Part shown: positions 44,880 through 56,065 of the stretch, piece by piece
How the letters are laid out: each line of letters starts with the position of its first letter
How positions within the stretch are numbered: the first letter of the stretch is position 1
NCBI GenBank assembly: GCA_963707505.1
Contig: CAVPQB010000004.1
Span: 1,024,001-1,088,000, forward strand
From: an uncultured Gemmatimonadales bacterium
Lineage (GTDB): Bacteria; Gemmatimonadota; Gemmatimonadetes; Gemmatimonadales; Gemmatimonadaceae
DNA length: 64,000 bases
Direction: 5' to 3'
Notes under the pieces: generated by a model
Seen by the model: only the letters and a program-made list of their open reading frames with translations
What the model was told of the DNA's origin: nothing
Databases searched by the model: none
Program-made: the position numbers and the translations under genes

Positions 44880-46938
44880 ATGGCAAAGTTCGACTTGGTG
44901 GCACCTTTTGAGCCGGCCGGAGATCAGCCGAAAGCAATAGCCGAGCTTTCGCGCGGGCTTGAGCGCGGCGATCGGTTCCAGACGCTATTGGGCGTTACGG
45001 GCTCTGGAAAGACGATGTCGATTGCGAACGTGATCCAGGCGTATGGCAAGCCGACGCTCGTGTTGTCCCACAACAAGACGCTCGCAGCGCAGTTGTACGG
45101 CGAGATCAAGTCCTTCTTCCCGCACAATGCGGTGGAGTACTTCATCTCCTACTACGACTACTATCAACCCGAAGCGTACGTCCCGACGACCGACACCTAC
45201 ATCGAGAAGGATGCGTCGATAAACGAGGACATCGACCGGCTGCGGCTGCGCGCGACGTCGAGTCTGATGGAGCGCGACGACGTCATAATCGTCGCGACCG
45301 TTTCGGCGATTTACGGTCTGGGCGATCCGGTGCAGTATCGTGAGCAGATGGTGACGTTGCTGCAGGGTCAGAAGATCGCGCGCGACGACATACTTCGTTC
45401 ACTCGTGAAGATTCAGTACGGCCGCAACGACGTCGCGTTCGAGCGTGGCACGTTCCGCGTCCGGGGCGACACGGTCGAGATTCTGCCTGCGTATGAAGAG
45501 CAGGGCGTTCGCATCGAGCTGTGGGGCGACGAGATCGAGCGCATCAGCAAGATCGATCCGCTTACCGGCAACGTCATCGCCGCGCTGGAACGTGCGGCGA
45601 TCTATCCCGCGAAACACTTCGTTACGAGCCGGCCAACCATCGAGCGCGCAGTGCGGCGCATCCAGGCGGAGCTCGCGGAGCGTTTGCAGGAGCTGCGCAA
45701 CACCAACAAGCTGTTGGAGGCGCAGCGGCTTGAATCGCGCACCAACTTCGACATCGAGATGATGCTCGAGATCGGCACGTGCGCCGGAATCGAGAATTAT
45801 TCGCGGCATCTGTCGGGACGTGAGATCGGTGAGCGGCCGGCCTGTCTGTTCGACTACTTCCCCGACGATTTCCTCGTGGTAGTCGACGAGTCACACGTCA
45901 CGCTGCCGCAGATCGGCGGGATGTTCAACGGCGATCGCGCGCGCAAGCTGACGCTTGTCGATTACGGATTCAGATTGCCGAGCGCGCTGGACAACCGGCC
46001 GCTTACCTTCGACGAGTTTCTGTCGCTCACACCGCGCGCGATCAACGTGTCCGCAACGCCGGGCGACATCGAGCTGCGACTGTGCGAGGGTGTGGTGGTG
46101 GAGCAGATCATCCGGCCCACGGGGCTGATCGATCCGGAGATCGAAGTTCGGCCGGTGCGTGGTCAGGTGGACGATCTGCTCAAGGAGATCCGGCTTCGCG
46201 AGCGTAAGAACGAGCGTGTTCTGGTGACCACCCTCACCAAGCGCATGTCGGAAGACCTGACCGACTATCTGCAGCAGATGGGTGTTCGTGTACGCTACAT
46301 GCACTCGGACATCGACGCGATCGAGCGCATGGAGATCGTGCGCGGTCTGCGACTTGGTGAGTTCGACGTGCTGGTAGGAATCAATCTGCTGCGCGAAGGT
46401 CTGGACATGCCCGAGGTGTCGCTGGTGGCGATTCTCGATGCGGATCAGGAGGGATTTCTGCGCAGCGATCGCTCGCTCATCCAGACTACCGGCCGCGCGG
46501 CGCGGCATCTCAACGGCCGCGCGATATTCTATGCAGATCGCATAACCGGATCGATGAAGCGCTGCATGGACGAGACCGCGCGTCGTCGTGCGACGCAGCT
46601 TGCGTACAACACCGAACATGGAATCACACCGCGGAGCGTGGTCAAGAGCACCGATCAGGTTCGCTTCATCACTCGCGTGGCCGATGCACGCGTCGGAGCG
46701 ACAGGACAGGCAGGCCGAGCAGTCGCGCAGAGTCGCAGAAGCGTCCCCGGAATATTCCAGGATCGCCGACATCGATACGCTGATCAAGACGCTGGAGGAT
46801 GACATGAAGGTCGCCGCGAAGGACCTCGACTTCGAGAGTGCCGCGCGCATTCGTGACCAGTTGTTCGAGCTGCGTGCGCAGCGCGACAACAAGTCCAAGC
46901 GCACGTCGCCGTCACTGGCTGCGCTCCGGAACGAGTAA
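44880..46938 (+). CDS. uvrB: Excinuclease ABC subunit B (frameshift near 46700)
   Basis: [35 protein letters not shown] domain [11 protein letters not shown] in ORF 46588..46938. Confidence 0.96.
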
Positions 46939-47394
46939 TGGACGCGTATCATCACACGATGCCACCGCTCGCGACGCGTGGGCATCTCGTCATGAGCGAA
47001 CATGAGCTGATCGCGTGGGGCGAGCGGCTGGGCGCCGATTCGCATCCGCACCTCGTCATCGCGCTCACTGGCGAGCTGGGCGCAGGGAAGACGACGCTCG
47101 CGCAGGCGATCTGCCGCGGCTACGGCGTTACGCGAGCCCGTCACGAGTCCGACTTATGCGATCGTGCACGAGTACGCGGCGCTGCGTTCACCGGTGTTTC
47201 ACATCGATCTGTATCGCATAGAGCGCGTCGAGGAACTGGAGCAGATCGGCTGGAGCGACATAGTCGCTTCCAACGCGCTTGTGATCGTGGAATGGCCCGA
47301 GCATGCGGGCGAACTGCTTCCCGCGGGGCATCTTCCCATCGCTCTCGATTACGATTCGGAGCGTGCTGACCGTCGTCTACTTCTGGCGGGTTGA
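46938..47394 (+). CDS. tsaE: t6A biosynthesis ATPase TsaE (frameshift near 47135)
   Basis: GELGAGKTT, VTSPTYAIVHEY, HIDLYR, VEWPE. Confidence 0.9.
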
Positions 47395-48059
47395 TGCTCG
47401 GCCGCGTGCTGGTACTCGAGACGTCGACAGAGACGGGTTCGGTCGCAATCGCGCGCGACGGTGTGCTCGCCGCCGATCTGTCATTCGCGTCGCGCGACGC
47501 AACTGGCGCGCGCACCGAACCCATCGCACCTGCTGTTGTGCAGTGCCTCGGGCGCGCCACGATGCCCGTGCGCGACGTTTCCGCTGTCGTGTGCGGAGCA
47601 GGTCCGGGTGGGTTCACGAGCCTTCGGTCAGCTGCTGCGTTCGCCAAGGGAATCTGTTCTGCGCTCGCCATTCCGCTGTACGCCGTGTCGTCGCTGGAAT
47701 TGCTTGTGTGGAGCGCGATTACGCCCAGCGGATATCTTATTGCAGCGCTCCAGGCCGGGCGCGGCGAATGGTTCTGTCAGGATGCGAATCGTGACGGCGA
47801 TCGCACTGAATTGATCGGCGCGACGTATCTCGTGGGCGACGAAGAGCTGCGAGCGCGGGCGGTGCGAATGCACGCGCAATTGATCGGGCCGGGATTGGAA
47901 GTCGACGTCAGGCCCCTTGCGCGTGCCGTTGTTCCCAGATTGGGTGACATCGAGGCGCGCGGAGCGGTCGACCTGGATTCGTGGGAGCCGACTTATGGGA
48001 GACTTGCTGAGGCGCAGGTGAAGTGGGAGGCGGCGCACGGGCGGCCGCTGACGCCATGA
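47394..48059 (+). CDS. tsaB: t6A biosynthesis protein TsaB
   Basis: LETST, GAGPGGFTSLR, VSSLE, EPTYGR. Confidence 0.88.
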   Translation: MLGRVLVLETSTETGSVAIARDGVLAADLSFASRDATGARTEPIAPAVVQCLGRATMPVRDVSAVVCGAGPGGFTSLRSAAAFAKGICSALAIPLYAVSSLELLVWSAITPSGYLIAALQAGRGEWFCQDANRDGDRTELIGATYLVGDEELRARAVRMHAQLIGPGLEVDVRPLARAVVPRLGDIEARGAVDLDSWEPTYGRLAEAQVKWEAAHGRPLTP

Positions 48060-48610
48060 CTGCAACGGTGCGTATCGCCGAGCGTTCGGATCTTGGGGCG
48101 GTCATCGCCATCGAACGTGCGTCGTTCGGCGATCCGTGGACGCGCGGAATGTTTGGTACGCACCTGACGTCCCAGGGCGGCAATAATTTTCTAGTCGCCG
48201 AGCAAGCCGGTAGCATCGTTGGCTACGCCATCACCGTGGCCGTATCGGACGAATCCGAGCTACTGAATATCGCAGTCGATCCTGAGCATCGAGGTCACGG
48301 TCTCGGCGCGTTGCTGCTGGACGCCGCGATGGATCGTTGCAGCCGAAGCGGTGCGAAGGAGATGTGGCTGGAAGTGCGCGCGTCGAACGCGGGAGCGCGC
48401 ACGCTGTACCGCAGTCGCGGATTCGCCGAAATGGGGGTTCGCAAGCGATATTATCATGCGCCGCGAGAGGACGCGATCGTGCTTCGATCCGACCTTCGCT
48501 CACTCGTGCGCAATGAAATGGTGACAGAAACGGCAACCGGCTTTCCCGCTGGAGTCCGAGATCCCATACTTTCATCGGCGAGCCACTTTCCTCGCCAGGA
48601 GAACAAATGA
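48056..48610 (+). CDS. rimI: Ribosomal-protein-alanine N-acetyltransferase
   Basis: NIAVDPEHRGHGLG, LEVRASN, RKRYY, EDA. Confidence 0.88.
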   Translation: MTATVRIAERSDLGAVIAIERASFGDPWTRGMFGTHLTSQGGNNFLVAEQAGSIVGYAITVAVSDESELLNIAVDPEHRGHGLGALLLDAAMDRCSRSGAKEMWLEVRASNAGARTLYRSRGFAEMGVRKRYYHAPREDAIVLRSDLRSLVRNEMVTETATGFPAGVRDPILSSASHFPRQENK

Positions 48611-49114
48611 GCCGAAGCCTCAATAAAGCGATGTTGATCGGGAATGTCGGGCAGGACCCGGAAGTTCGTTCGACCACCAACGGGGGCCGCGTAGCGACGT
48701 TCTCGCTCGCGACGTCACGCACCTGGAACGGGCCGTCGGGCGACCGTCAGGAAAAGACCGAATGGCACCGCTGCGTCGTCTGGAACGCCGGACGTGGCCA
48801 GGGTGCAGAGAAGGGAATGGGACTCGCCGATGTGGTCGAGAAGTACGTCAAGAAGGGCGACAAGCTGTACGTCGAAGGGCCTATCGAGTATCGCCAGTGG
48901 CAGGACAAGGAAAACCAGACGCGCTACACGACCGAGATCCGCGTTCGCGAGCTCGTGATGTTGAGCTCGCGCGGCGGCGGTGATTTCGACGGCGAGGCTC
49001 CGCCGTCACGCTCCGCGCGGCCAGCCGCCGCGAAGAGCGGCGGCGGGCCACGGCGGCGAGTTCGAGGATTTCCCGGCGGCGTTGCAGGACGAGGACGACG
49101 ATCTGCCGTTCTAG
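48607..49114 (+). CDS. ssb: Single-stranded DNA-binding protein (frameshift near 49050)
   Basis: LNKAMLIGNVGQDPE, TEWHR; acidic tail FEDFPAALQDEDDDLPF* in alternate frame. Confidence 0.95.
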
Positions 49115-49163
49115 GCTGGATTGAGTCGGTCGGCTCACGAACCGGAGCCGACCGACGCAAAGG

Positions 49164-50216
49164 TCACGCAGTCCCGAACGCTCGCATCAGACCGTTCGCG
49201 GCGAACAGCACGGCGTCCTCGGCTTCCTGCAGTACATCGCCCATGCCGAAGAATTCGTGTGTGACGCCATTGTACGTACGCTGCTCCGTCGCGACGCCAG
49301 CGCTCTGAAATTGCCGAGCGAGTGCTTCACCTTCGGACCGTAGCGGGTCCAGTTCGGCGCTGACGATCGTCACTGGCGGAAGATCCGAGAGGTCCGCCTT
49401 GTCCAGAGCGATTGCCGGTAGCTCACCGTCAGTCGGATTCCTCAGATAGTTGTCGAAGAACCAGCGCATCGTCGCCGTGTTGAGCGGCTTCGCCCGAGTC
49501 ATCTCGCGATACGACGCGGTATCGAAGTCGTAGCCAGCGACGGGATAGACAAGAACCTGATACACCGGGGCCTGCAGTCTGTCATCTCTTGCTCTCATGC
49601 AAACATTGGCGGCCATGTTTCCGCCCGCGGACTCACCCACTACAGCGACAAGCGCCGGATCGCCGCCCAGGTCCGCGGCATTCTCGAGTGTCCACCTGTA
49701 CGCCGCGTACACGTCGTCGTGCGCTGCGGGAAACCGATCCTCCGGGCCGCGGCGGTAGTCCGTCGAGACGACAATGCAGTGTGCAGCGTTGCACACTGCG
49801 CGCGCCGATCTGTCGTAAGTATCGATGTCGGCGATTACCCATCCACCGCCGTGTACGTAGAGCGCGACCGGTAACTTTTTCTCTTCGCGAGCGGATGCAG
49901 GCTTGTAGATGCGAATGTCGATGTCGCCCGCAGGGCCATCGATGGTCTTGTTGTCCATGCTTCCGACGTCCCGCGGTGCGGTGTTCTCGTCCCGCTCGTC
50001 GAGCAACTTCTTGACTGCGTCCGCCGGCGTCGGTTGCCTGCGCGCTTCGCGTGCATCGAGTTCCGGGATCGGCTTGCCGTGTAATGATTCGAGCATGTCG
50101 AGCACCTGCGCCATTTCCATGGTCGGCTCGCGTCCGCCGAACATGGATGTCATCTGTATCGCCAACTCGTCGGAGTTCTCGCTCCGATCGCCTGGATTCA
50201 TTTCGCCAATACTCAT
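49164..50216 (-). CDS. HSL-family alpha/beta hydrolase (esterase)
   Basis: HGGGW, GESAGG, DPLRSEG, HEFF. Confidence 0.9.
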   Translation of the reverse strand: MSIGEMNPGDRSENSDELAIQMTSMFGGREPTMEMAQVLDMLESLHGKPIPELDAREARRQPTPADAVKKLLDERDENTAPRDVGSMDNKTIDGPAGDIDIRIYKPASAREEKKLPVALYVHGGGWVIADIDTYDRSARAVCNAAHCIVVSTDYRRGPEDRFPAAHDDVYAAYRWTLENAADLGGDPALVAVVGESAGGNMAANVCMRARDDRLQAPVYQVLVYPVAGYDFDTASYREMTRAKPLNTATMRWFFDNYLRNPTDGELPAIALDKADLSDLPPVTIVSAELDPLRSEGEALARQFQSAGVATEQRTYNGVTHEFFGMGDVLQEAEDAVLFAANGLMRAFGTA

Positions 50217-50300
50217 CGACGTCCCCTCTCTGCCGGTCTGCGTCCCCCGCCGATCTGATCACCGTCGCATGTACGACCAGTGGCCGCTATCGCCGTCGTG

Positions 50301-50807
50301 CTATTCTTCTTCCTCTTCGTCCGCCGCCTCGATGTTGATCGACGACTCGGCGATTGCGGTCAGGGCTTCGTCGGTGTCACGTTCCTCGTCGAGTGTTTGC
50401 TGGAGCAGCGACTCGTGGTCGTCGTGCCCCAGCACGCGGGCCCACGTACGAACCGTACCGTAACCGGCCATCTCGTAATGCTCGACGTGTTGGGCGGCCG
50501 CGATGAGACCAGCGTCGAGTACGTCCGGCTCGGGTCTTTCCTTGATGAGTTCGCTGCCTTCCTTGAGAACACCTTCCATTCCCACGCACTTCTTCCCGGT
50601 CGGTTTCTCCCCGAGCGAGCGGAAGATGCGCTCGAGGCGCTTGACGTGTTGCCTGGTCTGTCGTTCGTGTTTTGTGAATCCCTGCTTGAGCTGTCGGTTG
50701 CTCGCAGCCTTGATCATGCGAGGAAGTGCTTTCAGGATCTGGTTCTCCGCGCTGTAAAGATCCTTGAGTTCGTCGACGTATAGCTCGTTTAAGGTATCCA
50801 GTTCCAC
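50301..50807 (-). CDS. Ferritin-like DUF892 (YciE/YciF) stress protein
   Basis: LKDLYSAENQ, QHVEHYEMAGYGT; GGAGG 8 nt before GTG at 50807. Confidence 0.92.
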   Translation of the reverse strand: MELDTLNELYVDELKDLYSAENQILKALPRMIKAASNRQLKQGFTKHERQTRQHVKRLERIFRSLGEKPTGKKCVGMEGVLKEGSELIKERPEPDVLDAGLIAAAQHVEHYEMAGYGTVRTWARVLGHDDHESLLQQTLDEERDTDEALTAIAESSINIEAADEEEEE

Positions 50808-50854
50808 TTGCACCGCCTCCGTTGAGTGTTCGCCCGTGTGTCTGAACGAAGAAG

Positions 50855-50868
50855 GCAAGGGGTATGCC
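50855..50868 (-). promoter_or_regulatory. Putative sigma54 (-24/-12) promoter of the DUF892 gene
   Basis: Minus strand GGCATACCCCTTGC (GG-N10-GC with TTGC), about 48 nt upstream of the start. Confidence 0.6.
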
Positions 50869-51022
50869 CGCGGCGGCGTGGCGGCCGAATGCGACCTTCA
50901 AGTATCGGCGCCACGGCAGTACCGGTGGACTGATATCGTCTGACCTATCTGTCGAATTACAGCGCGTGTGTAGTCCCCGATCGGACAGCGGCACAGTGTG
51001 CGGATTCACATCTGCTGAAACC

Positions 51023-53191
51023 TTACTTCGGGTGGAACTGCCTGTCGAAGTAGCCCACCGTTGCCGAATCGGCGCTCCCCCAGGACGCATGCCGCAGGAA
51101 TCCATGGATCTCGTCGGGGATCACCATCTCCTCGTAGCTCACTCCGGCGGTCGAAAGGCGCCGCGCCAGGTCGACGGTCTCGTGAAAGTGGACGTTGCGA
51201 TCGTCGTCGCCCTGAATCAGCAACACTGGACTCTTCCATGTCGCGATTGCCGACACCGGAGATGAATTCCACGCAACGTCCAGCGCCTTCTTGATATCGC
51301 TCTTCTCATAACGCTGCTGCGCGTTGATGAGCCTGCTTGCCGATTCATCCAGCCAGTTGTGAACCCCGTGCATGTCGACGCCCGCCTTGAAGATGTCGGA
51401 GTTGTGCGCGAGCGCCATCGCGGTGAGGAAGCCACCGTACGATCCGCCCCAAATTCCGATGCGTCGCGGGTCGACCGATGCGAGTGAGCGTAGATACTCA
51501 CCGCCGGCCTTCACGTCCTGATACTCCGACGCGCCTGCCGATCCCGCGTGCGCAGGATGGTGGAAATTGTGTCCGTAACCTATTCCGAGTCTGTAGTTCA
51601 CCGATAGCACGATGTAGCCGTGATTCGCGAGGTACTGATTGACCGCGTACGAGTTCGAGTAGTAGTCCATGTAATGCCAGCCGAGCATCATTTGGCGCGG
51701 AGGACCACCGTGCACGAAGACGATGCCGGGCTTCCTGGCCGAGCCGCCGTCGTTGCGCTCGAACAGCTGGCCATGCACTACTGTTCCGTCGGCCGCCTTG
51801 AACGTTACCGGCTTCGGAATCACCAGAGCTGCCGTCGGGAATGAAGCCGGAATCGTTTCTTCTGCGAGCGCGCGGGGCGAGCCACCGTTGATTGGGATGA
51901 CCATCGGCAGAGTCGGCCTCTGCGCGCCTGCACCGACGAACGCGACCGTGCTCCCGTCGCCCGTTACGAACGGCGTCCACTCGAGGCCGGCGCCGGACGT
52001 AAGTGCGACAGGCGCCGCACGATCGACCGGTACGCGGAAGATGTGACGCCGGTCGCCGTCGCCGGGAGTGTTGCCGGTGTTTGCGCTGTATACAAGCGAT
52101 TTGCCATCCGGCGACAGAGTGATGAACTCCGCCATGAACGATCCCGGAGTGAGCAGCAATGGCGTGCCACCGGATTCGGCGACCGAATATAGATGTGGCC
52201 ATCCATCCGTGTCGTTCAGGAACACGATGCGTCCACCGGCCGCCCATGACAGATTGGTCCCTCCGTCAGTGTTGGGTACGGAGCTCAACAACGTATTGGC
52301 GCTCTGCCAGACCAGTCGTCCCGAACCTGTTGCAGCGTCGGCGGTCCAAATTGCCCAGGGCCGCGGGTGGAGCTCCAATGCGGTTTCCGGCGCGCCGCCA
52401 GTGCCCGGCGTGCGCACGAACGCGATGCGCGTTCCATCCGGGGACCACTTCGGGGACCGGTCGTGTGATGTCGAAGGAGCGAGGTAACGGATCGGCGTCG
52501 AGTCCGACGTAAAGATGCCAATGAAGCTGTGGTCGCCACGGCTTGAAACGAAGGCGAGCCGGTCGCCGTTGGACGACCATGTGGGCGAGCCACTGCTTCC
52601 ACGCGCGAAAAAGAGCTGTCTGGCCGCGTTTGATCCGTCGATCGGCACCGTCCAGATCGCCTCGCCTTTCGTGAACGCAACGCGATCACCGCGCGGAGAG
52701 ATCACGGGCTCGTCACCCTCCGCGAGCAGTTTCGGCGGCTGGTTCGAGGCGCCGTCCACGTGGACCGCCCATATCTCGACTTTTGGCTTGATCGGCGAAT
52801 GATCCGGATCGGGTGGCAGCCCTCCCTCGGCGGCCCAATTCGCGTCGTGGTCACCGCCGCGCACGTACACGACCCACTTGCCATCCGGCGACACAGCGAG
52901 ATTCGTGAGCTCCTGTCCGTCGTCCGCGTGATAATCCGTGAGTGCGCGCGCCTTGAAGTCGGGCCCGTCAGCAGTCCAGATATTCCGCACGCCGGATGCG
53001 TCGATGACCCAAGCAATGCGCGAAGATTTCGGCGAAGCCGTCAGTCCGGTTGCGAACGGGTAGCTCAGCACCTGCTCCAACGTAAATGAGCCATTCGGTC
53101 CCGCGGCGCGGTTCGTCTGTGCGCCGGCGTTGACGGTGATTGCTGCTGAAAGGCAGAGCCCGGCGATGGACATACCAGCGGCGATACGCAT
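51023..53191 (-). CDS. Secreted S9-family peptidase (prolyl oligopeptidase/dipeptidyl-peptidase-like) with PD40 propeller
   Basis: Signal peptide; SPDG repeats; HGGP, GGSYGG, GDDDRNV, EIHGF catalytic triad. Confidence 0.92.
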   Translation of the reverse strand: MRIAAGMSIAGLCLSAAITVNAGAQTNRAAGPNGSFTLEQVLSYPFATGLTASPKSSRIAWVIDASGVRNIWTADGPDFKARALTDYHADDGQELTNLAVSPDGKWVVYVRGGDHDANWAAEGGLPPDPDHSPIKPKVEIWAVHVDGASNQPPKLLAEGDEPVISPRGDRVAFTKGEAIWTVPIDGSNAARQLFFARGSSGSPTWSSNGDRLAFVSSRGDHSFIGIFTSDSTPIRYLAPSTSHDRSPKWSPDGTRIAFVRTPGTGGAPETALELHPRPWAIWTADAATGSGRLVWQSANTLLSSVPNTDGGTNLSWAAGGRIVFLNDTDGWPHLYSVAESGGTPLLLTPGSFMAEFITLSPDGKSLVYSANTGNTPGDGDRRHIFRVPVDRAAPVALTSGAGLEWTPFVTGDGSTVAFVGAGAQRPTLPMVIPINGGSPRALAEETIPASFPTAALVIPKPVTFKAADGTVVHGQLFERNDGGSARKPGIVFVHGGPPRQMMLGWHYMDYYSNSYAVNQYLANHGYIVLSVNYRLGIGYGHNFHHPAHAGSAGASEYQDVKAGGEYLRSLASVDPRRIGIWGGSYGGFLTAMALAHNSDIFKAGVDMHGVHNWLDESASRLINAQQRYEKSDIKKALDVAWNSSPVSAIATWKSPVLLIQGDDDRNVHFHETVDLARRLSTAGVSYEEMVIPDEIHGFLRHASWGSADSATVGYFDRQFHPK

Positions 53192-53339
53192 CCCACCACG
53201 AATTATTGCACGGAGAGCCAACATTTGCTTCCTCTGTTCAGACTGGAGAACCCGCGTCAGGTATACATGCACATGGCGAATGTGGCGCCGCCGGTCCGAA
53301 CCGCAAGATCCGGGAATTCGCCCGTTCCGGATACTCCCC

Positions 53340-53392
53340 CTTGACAGTCGTCAAGTAATGGTGAAAATTCAACACAGTTGATTTTTCAGCAG
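53340..53392. promoter_or_regulatory. blaI-type promoter with tandem palindromic operator boxes
   Basis: TTGACA at 53341 inside cttgac-agtc-gtcaag; boxes atggtgaaaattcaacac (53358-53375) and cagttgatttttcagcag (53375-53392). Confidence 0.75.
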
Positions 53393-53425
53393 CCTCAGAC
53401 CGTCCCTTATCAGTCGAGCATTCGC

Positions 53426-53833
53426 ATGGCTTCCAGGCGCACCGCAACAGTTGCTCCCGCCCCTTCGTTCTCCCGCCGCGAACGGCAGGTCATGGACATT
53501 CTGCACCGGCACGGCGAAGCAACAGTCGCGGAAATCATGAATGATCTTCCCGATCCTCCGACATATTCTGCAGTGCGGTCGGTGTTGCGCATTCTCGCGG
53601 AGAAGGGCGTCATCCGCCACAAGGAAGACGGTCCGCGCTACGTTTACTCGCCGGTGCGACCGACCGAAACGGCACGCGAGGACGTTCTTGCACATGTCGT
53701 CAGAACTTACTTCGCTGGCTCTCCGGAGCAGGCGGTCACAGCGTTGCTCCGCATGTCCGATACTGACATGACCGAAGACGACGTGCAGCGCCATCGCGAC
53801 ACGATTCGTCGCGCACGGCAGGAGGGGAGATAA
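53426..53833 (+). CDS. BlaI/MecI/CopY-family repressor
   Basis: SRRERQVMDIL, PTYSAVRSVLRIL, GPRYVY, YFAGS; precedes M56 gene. Confidence 0.92.
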   Translation: MASRRTATVAPAPSFSRRERQVMDILHRHGEATVAEIMNDLPDPPTYSAVRSVLRILAEKGVIRHKEDGPRYVYSPVRPTETAREDVLAHVVRTYFAGSPEQAVTALLRMSDTDMTEDDVQRHRDTIRRARQEGR

Positions 53834-53835
53834 CC

Positions 53836-56011
53836 ATGTTGCCACATTCTCTTGCCAGCGTTGGGCCTGTTCCGCTGGGAAAACGCGCCACTCCTGATGC
53901 TCCTGGTGAAGGCGACGCTGATCCTCATCGGCGCGCTCGGTGTAACGCTGGCCATGCAACGCGCGGCAGCCGGCGCGCGTCACCTCGTCTGGCTCGTCAC
54001 GCTCGGCGTGCTGTTGCTCGTTCCGGCGCTCACACTCTGGGCGCCGATTCATCTTCGGATTCTCCCCGCGTTGGCTACGACGAGTGCTCCTGTATCGAAT
54101 GTGGACGTCGCAGCCACTCGACACGCTTCGACACAGCTGGGCGACGACGCGGCAGCCGCAAGGAATCCGCTCGATCTCGCTGCGTCGCAGCACTCGGTCG
54201 CGTCTGAAACTTTGGTAGCGACTCGGACGTCGGGCGTCGCGGCGCGGATCCGTAACACAGATCCGTTGACGATCCTGCTAGTCGCCTGGCTCGCGATTGC
54301 ACTCGCGATAACGGCCACGCTCGCATACGCAGCACTGTCGCTACGACGCATCGTTCGCAACAGCGTTCCGTTGACTGGGAGAGAATGGCTCGACACAGTC
54401 TGGGAGATTTCCGATCGCATTGGCCTGGAGAAAGCACCGCGGTTGTTACAGAGCAGGGAGACGAATATGCCATTCGCGTGCGGTACACTACACCCAACGA
54501 TCGTCCTTCCAGTCGAGAGCGAGGGATGGTCGCCGGAGCGACGCAGTGCCGTACTGCTACACGAGCTCGCGCACGTGCGCCGCAGAGATCTCGTCGGTCA
54601 CACACTCGGCCGCATCGCTTGCGCGGTGTACTGGTTTCATCCCCTGGTGTGGACGGCAGCAAAGCGACTGCGCTCCGAGAGCGAGCGTGCGTGCGACGAT
54701 CTGGCTTTGATGTGCGGCACGCGCGCGGCGGATTACGCCGAGCATCTCCTCGACATCGTTATTTCCGTGCGCGGTGATCGTACGCCGATGGTTGCGCTCG
54801 CGATGGCGCGCAGGAAGGAATTCGAGGGTCGTATGCTCGCGATTCTCGATCCGCAGGCCCGGCGTTCGACTCCAAGTCGTTGGAAAACCGGTGCGCTCGT
54901 CGGCTCGCTCGGCATGCTCTCCATTATTGTTGGCGCCGCTGCGCCCATGCCTCGCGCCGCTCCAGCAACGCCATCACCGATCATCAAGACGCGTGTCGTG
55001 GAGGCATCGCACGTCGTGACGACGCCACAGGTTGTGGCAATGCCGCGAGTTGCGCTCCCGTCAGGAGTCTCCGATCGGACGGATGGTCACGACGCGAGCA
55101 ACACGCTCGCCGGTGCTGCAGCGCAATTCGGAATGAAGGTTGCTTCCAGCGTATTGTCGCAAGCACAAGGTTCGTTGCCACCTCTCGCTCCAAAAGTGGG
55201 CGCTGGTGCTTCGGCTTCTGGGGTTCCGATCAACGGGATAGTGGTCAAGCCCAACTTTTCGTTTGACGCGAGCTTCGATTCGAAGACGCCGGACGAGCGC
55301 GCCGAGCTGCTCGCAAAAGTTCTTGCGACGGACACGAACGCGGAATTGCGCAGGACAGCAGCATGGGGACTCTCGAAGTACGTCGAGAACCCCATTGCCT
55401 CGTCGGCGTTGACACGTGCACTGCTTCACGATGCAAGCGCGTCGGTGCGCGAAACAGCTGCATGGGCGCTCGCGCGGGACCATCGCGACTCCGCGCACTC
55501 GGCCGTCAGCGCGCTCACGACGGCGCTTCGCGGTGACGCCAGCGACTCCGTTCGCGCGACAGCCGCATGGGCGCTCGGCAGCATTCACGATGACTCGGCT
55601 ATCCCTGCGCTCACTGCGGCACTCGCAGACAAAAACGCTGATGTGCGTAGCAAGGCAGTGTGGGCGCTTGGGACTGTGCGGCCGAGATCAGCGCCGAGCG
55701 CACTCGTTGCGAAACTGCATGATAGCGACCCGGATGTGCGCAGCCTCACTGCATGGGCGTTGTTCACGATCCGCGATACAACTTCCATTCCGGCACTGCA
55801 GGCCGCGCTCCGCACCGAGACCGACAAGGACATCCAGGTCGACTACATCCGCGCGCTCGGCGCGATGGGCGAGGAGTCGCTGAGCGCCATTCGCAGTCTT
55901 CTCGAATCGTCGGATCCCAAGGTCAAATCGATGGCGGTCGATGCGTTGGCCGGCGGCAATGCCAGCGGTCCATGGCCGTGGCCATGGCCGGAGCCGCGAC
56001 CGTACCCGTAG
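53836..56011 (+). CDS. BlaR1-like M56 metallopeptidase fused to C-terminal HEAT repeats (start ATG 53836 via a 1-nt indel, or TTG 53852)
   Basis: TM helices, LLHELAHVRRRD, WFHPLVW, ERACDD; about 7 HEAT repeats (VRxxAAWAL); PWPWP tail. Confidence 0.9.
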
Positions 56012-56065
56012 GAGCCTTGCGAGTGCGCGCGTAACTCGGCCCGACGCCGTTACGCGCGCATGTTT

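Noticed and set aside
53836..56011. Beta-lactam resistance locus
   Set aside because: No penicillin-binding sensor domain and no beta-lactamase nearby; the MBL-fold gene at 11574 is glyoxalase II-like.
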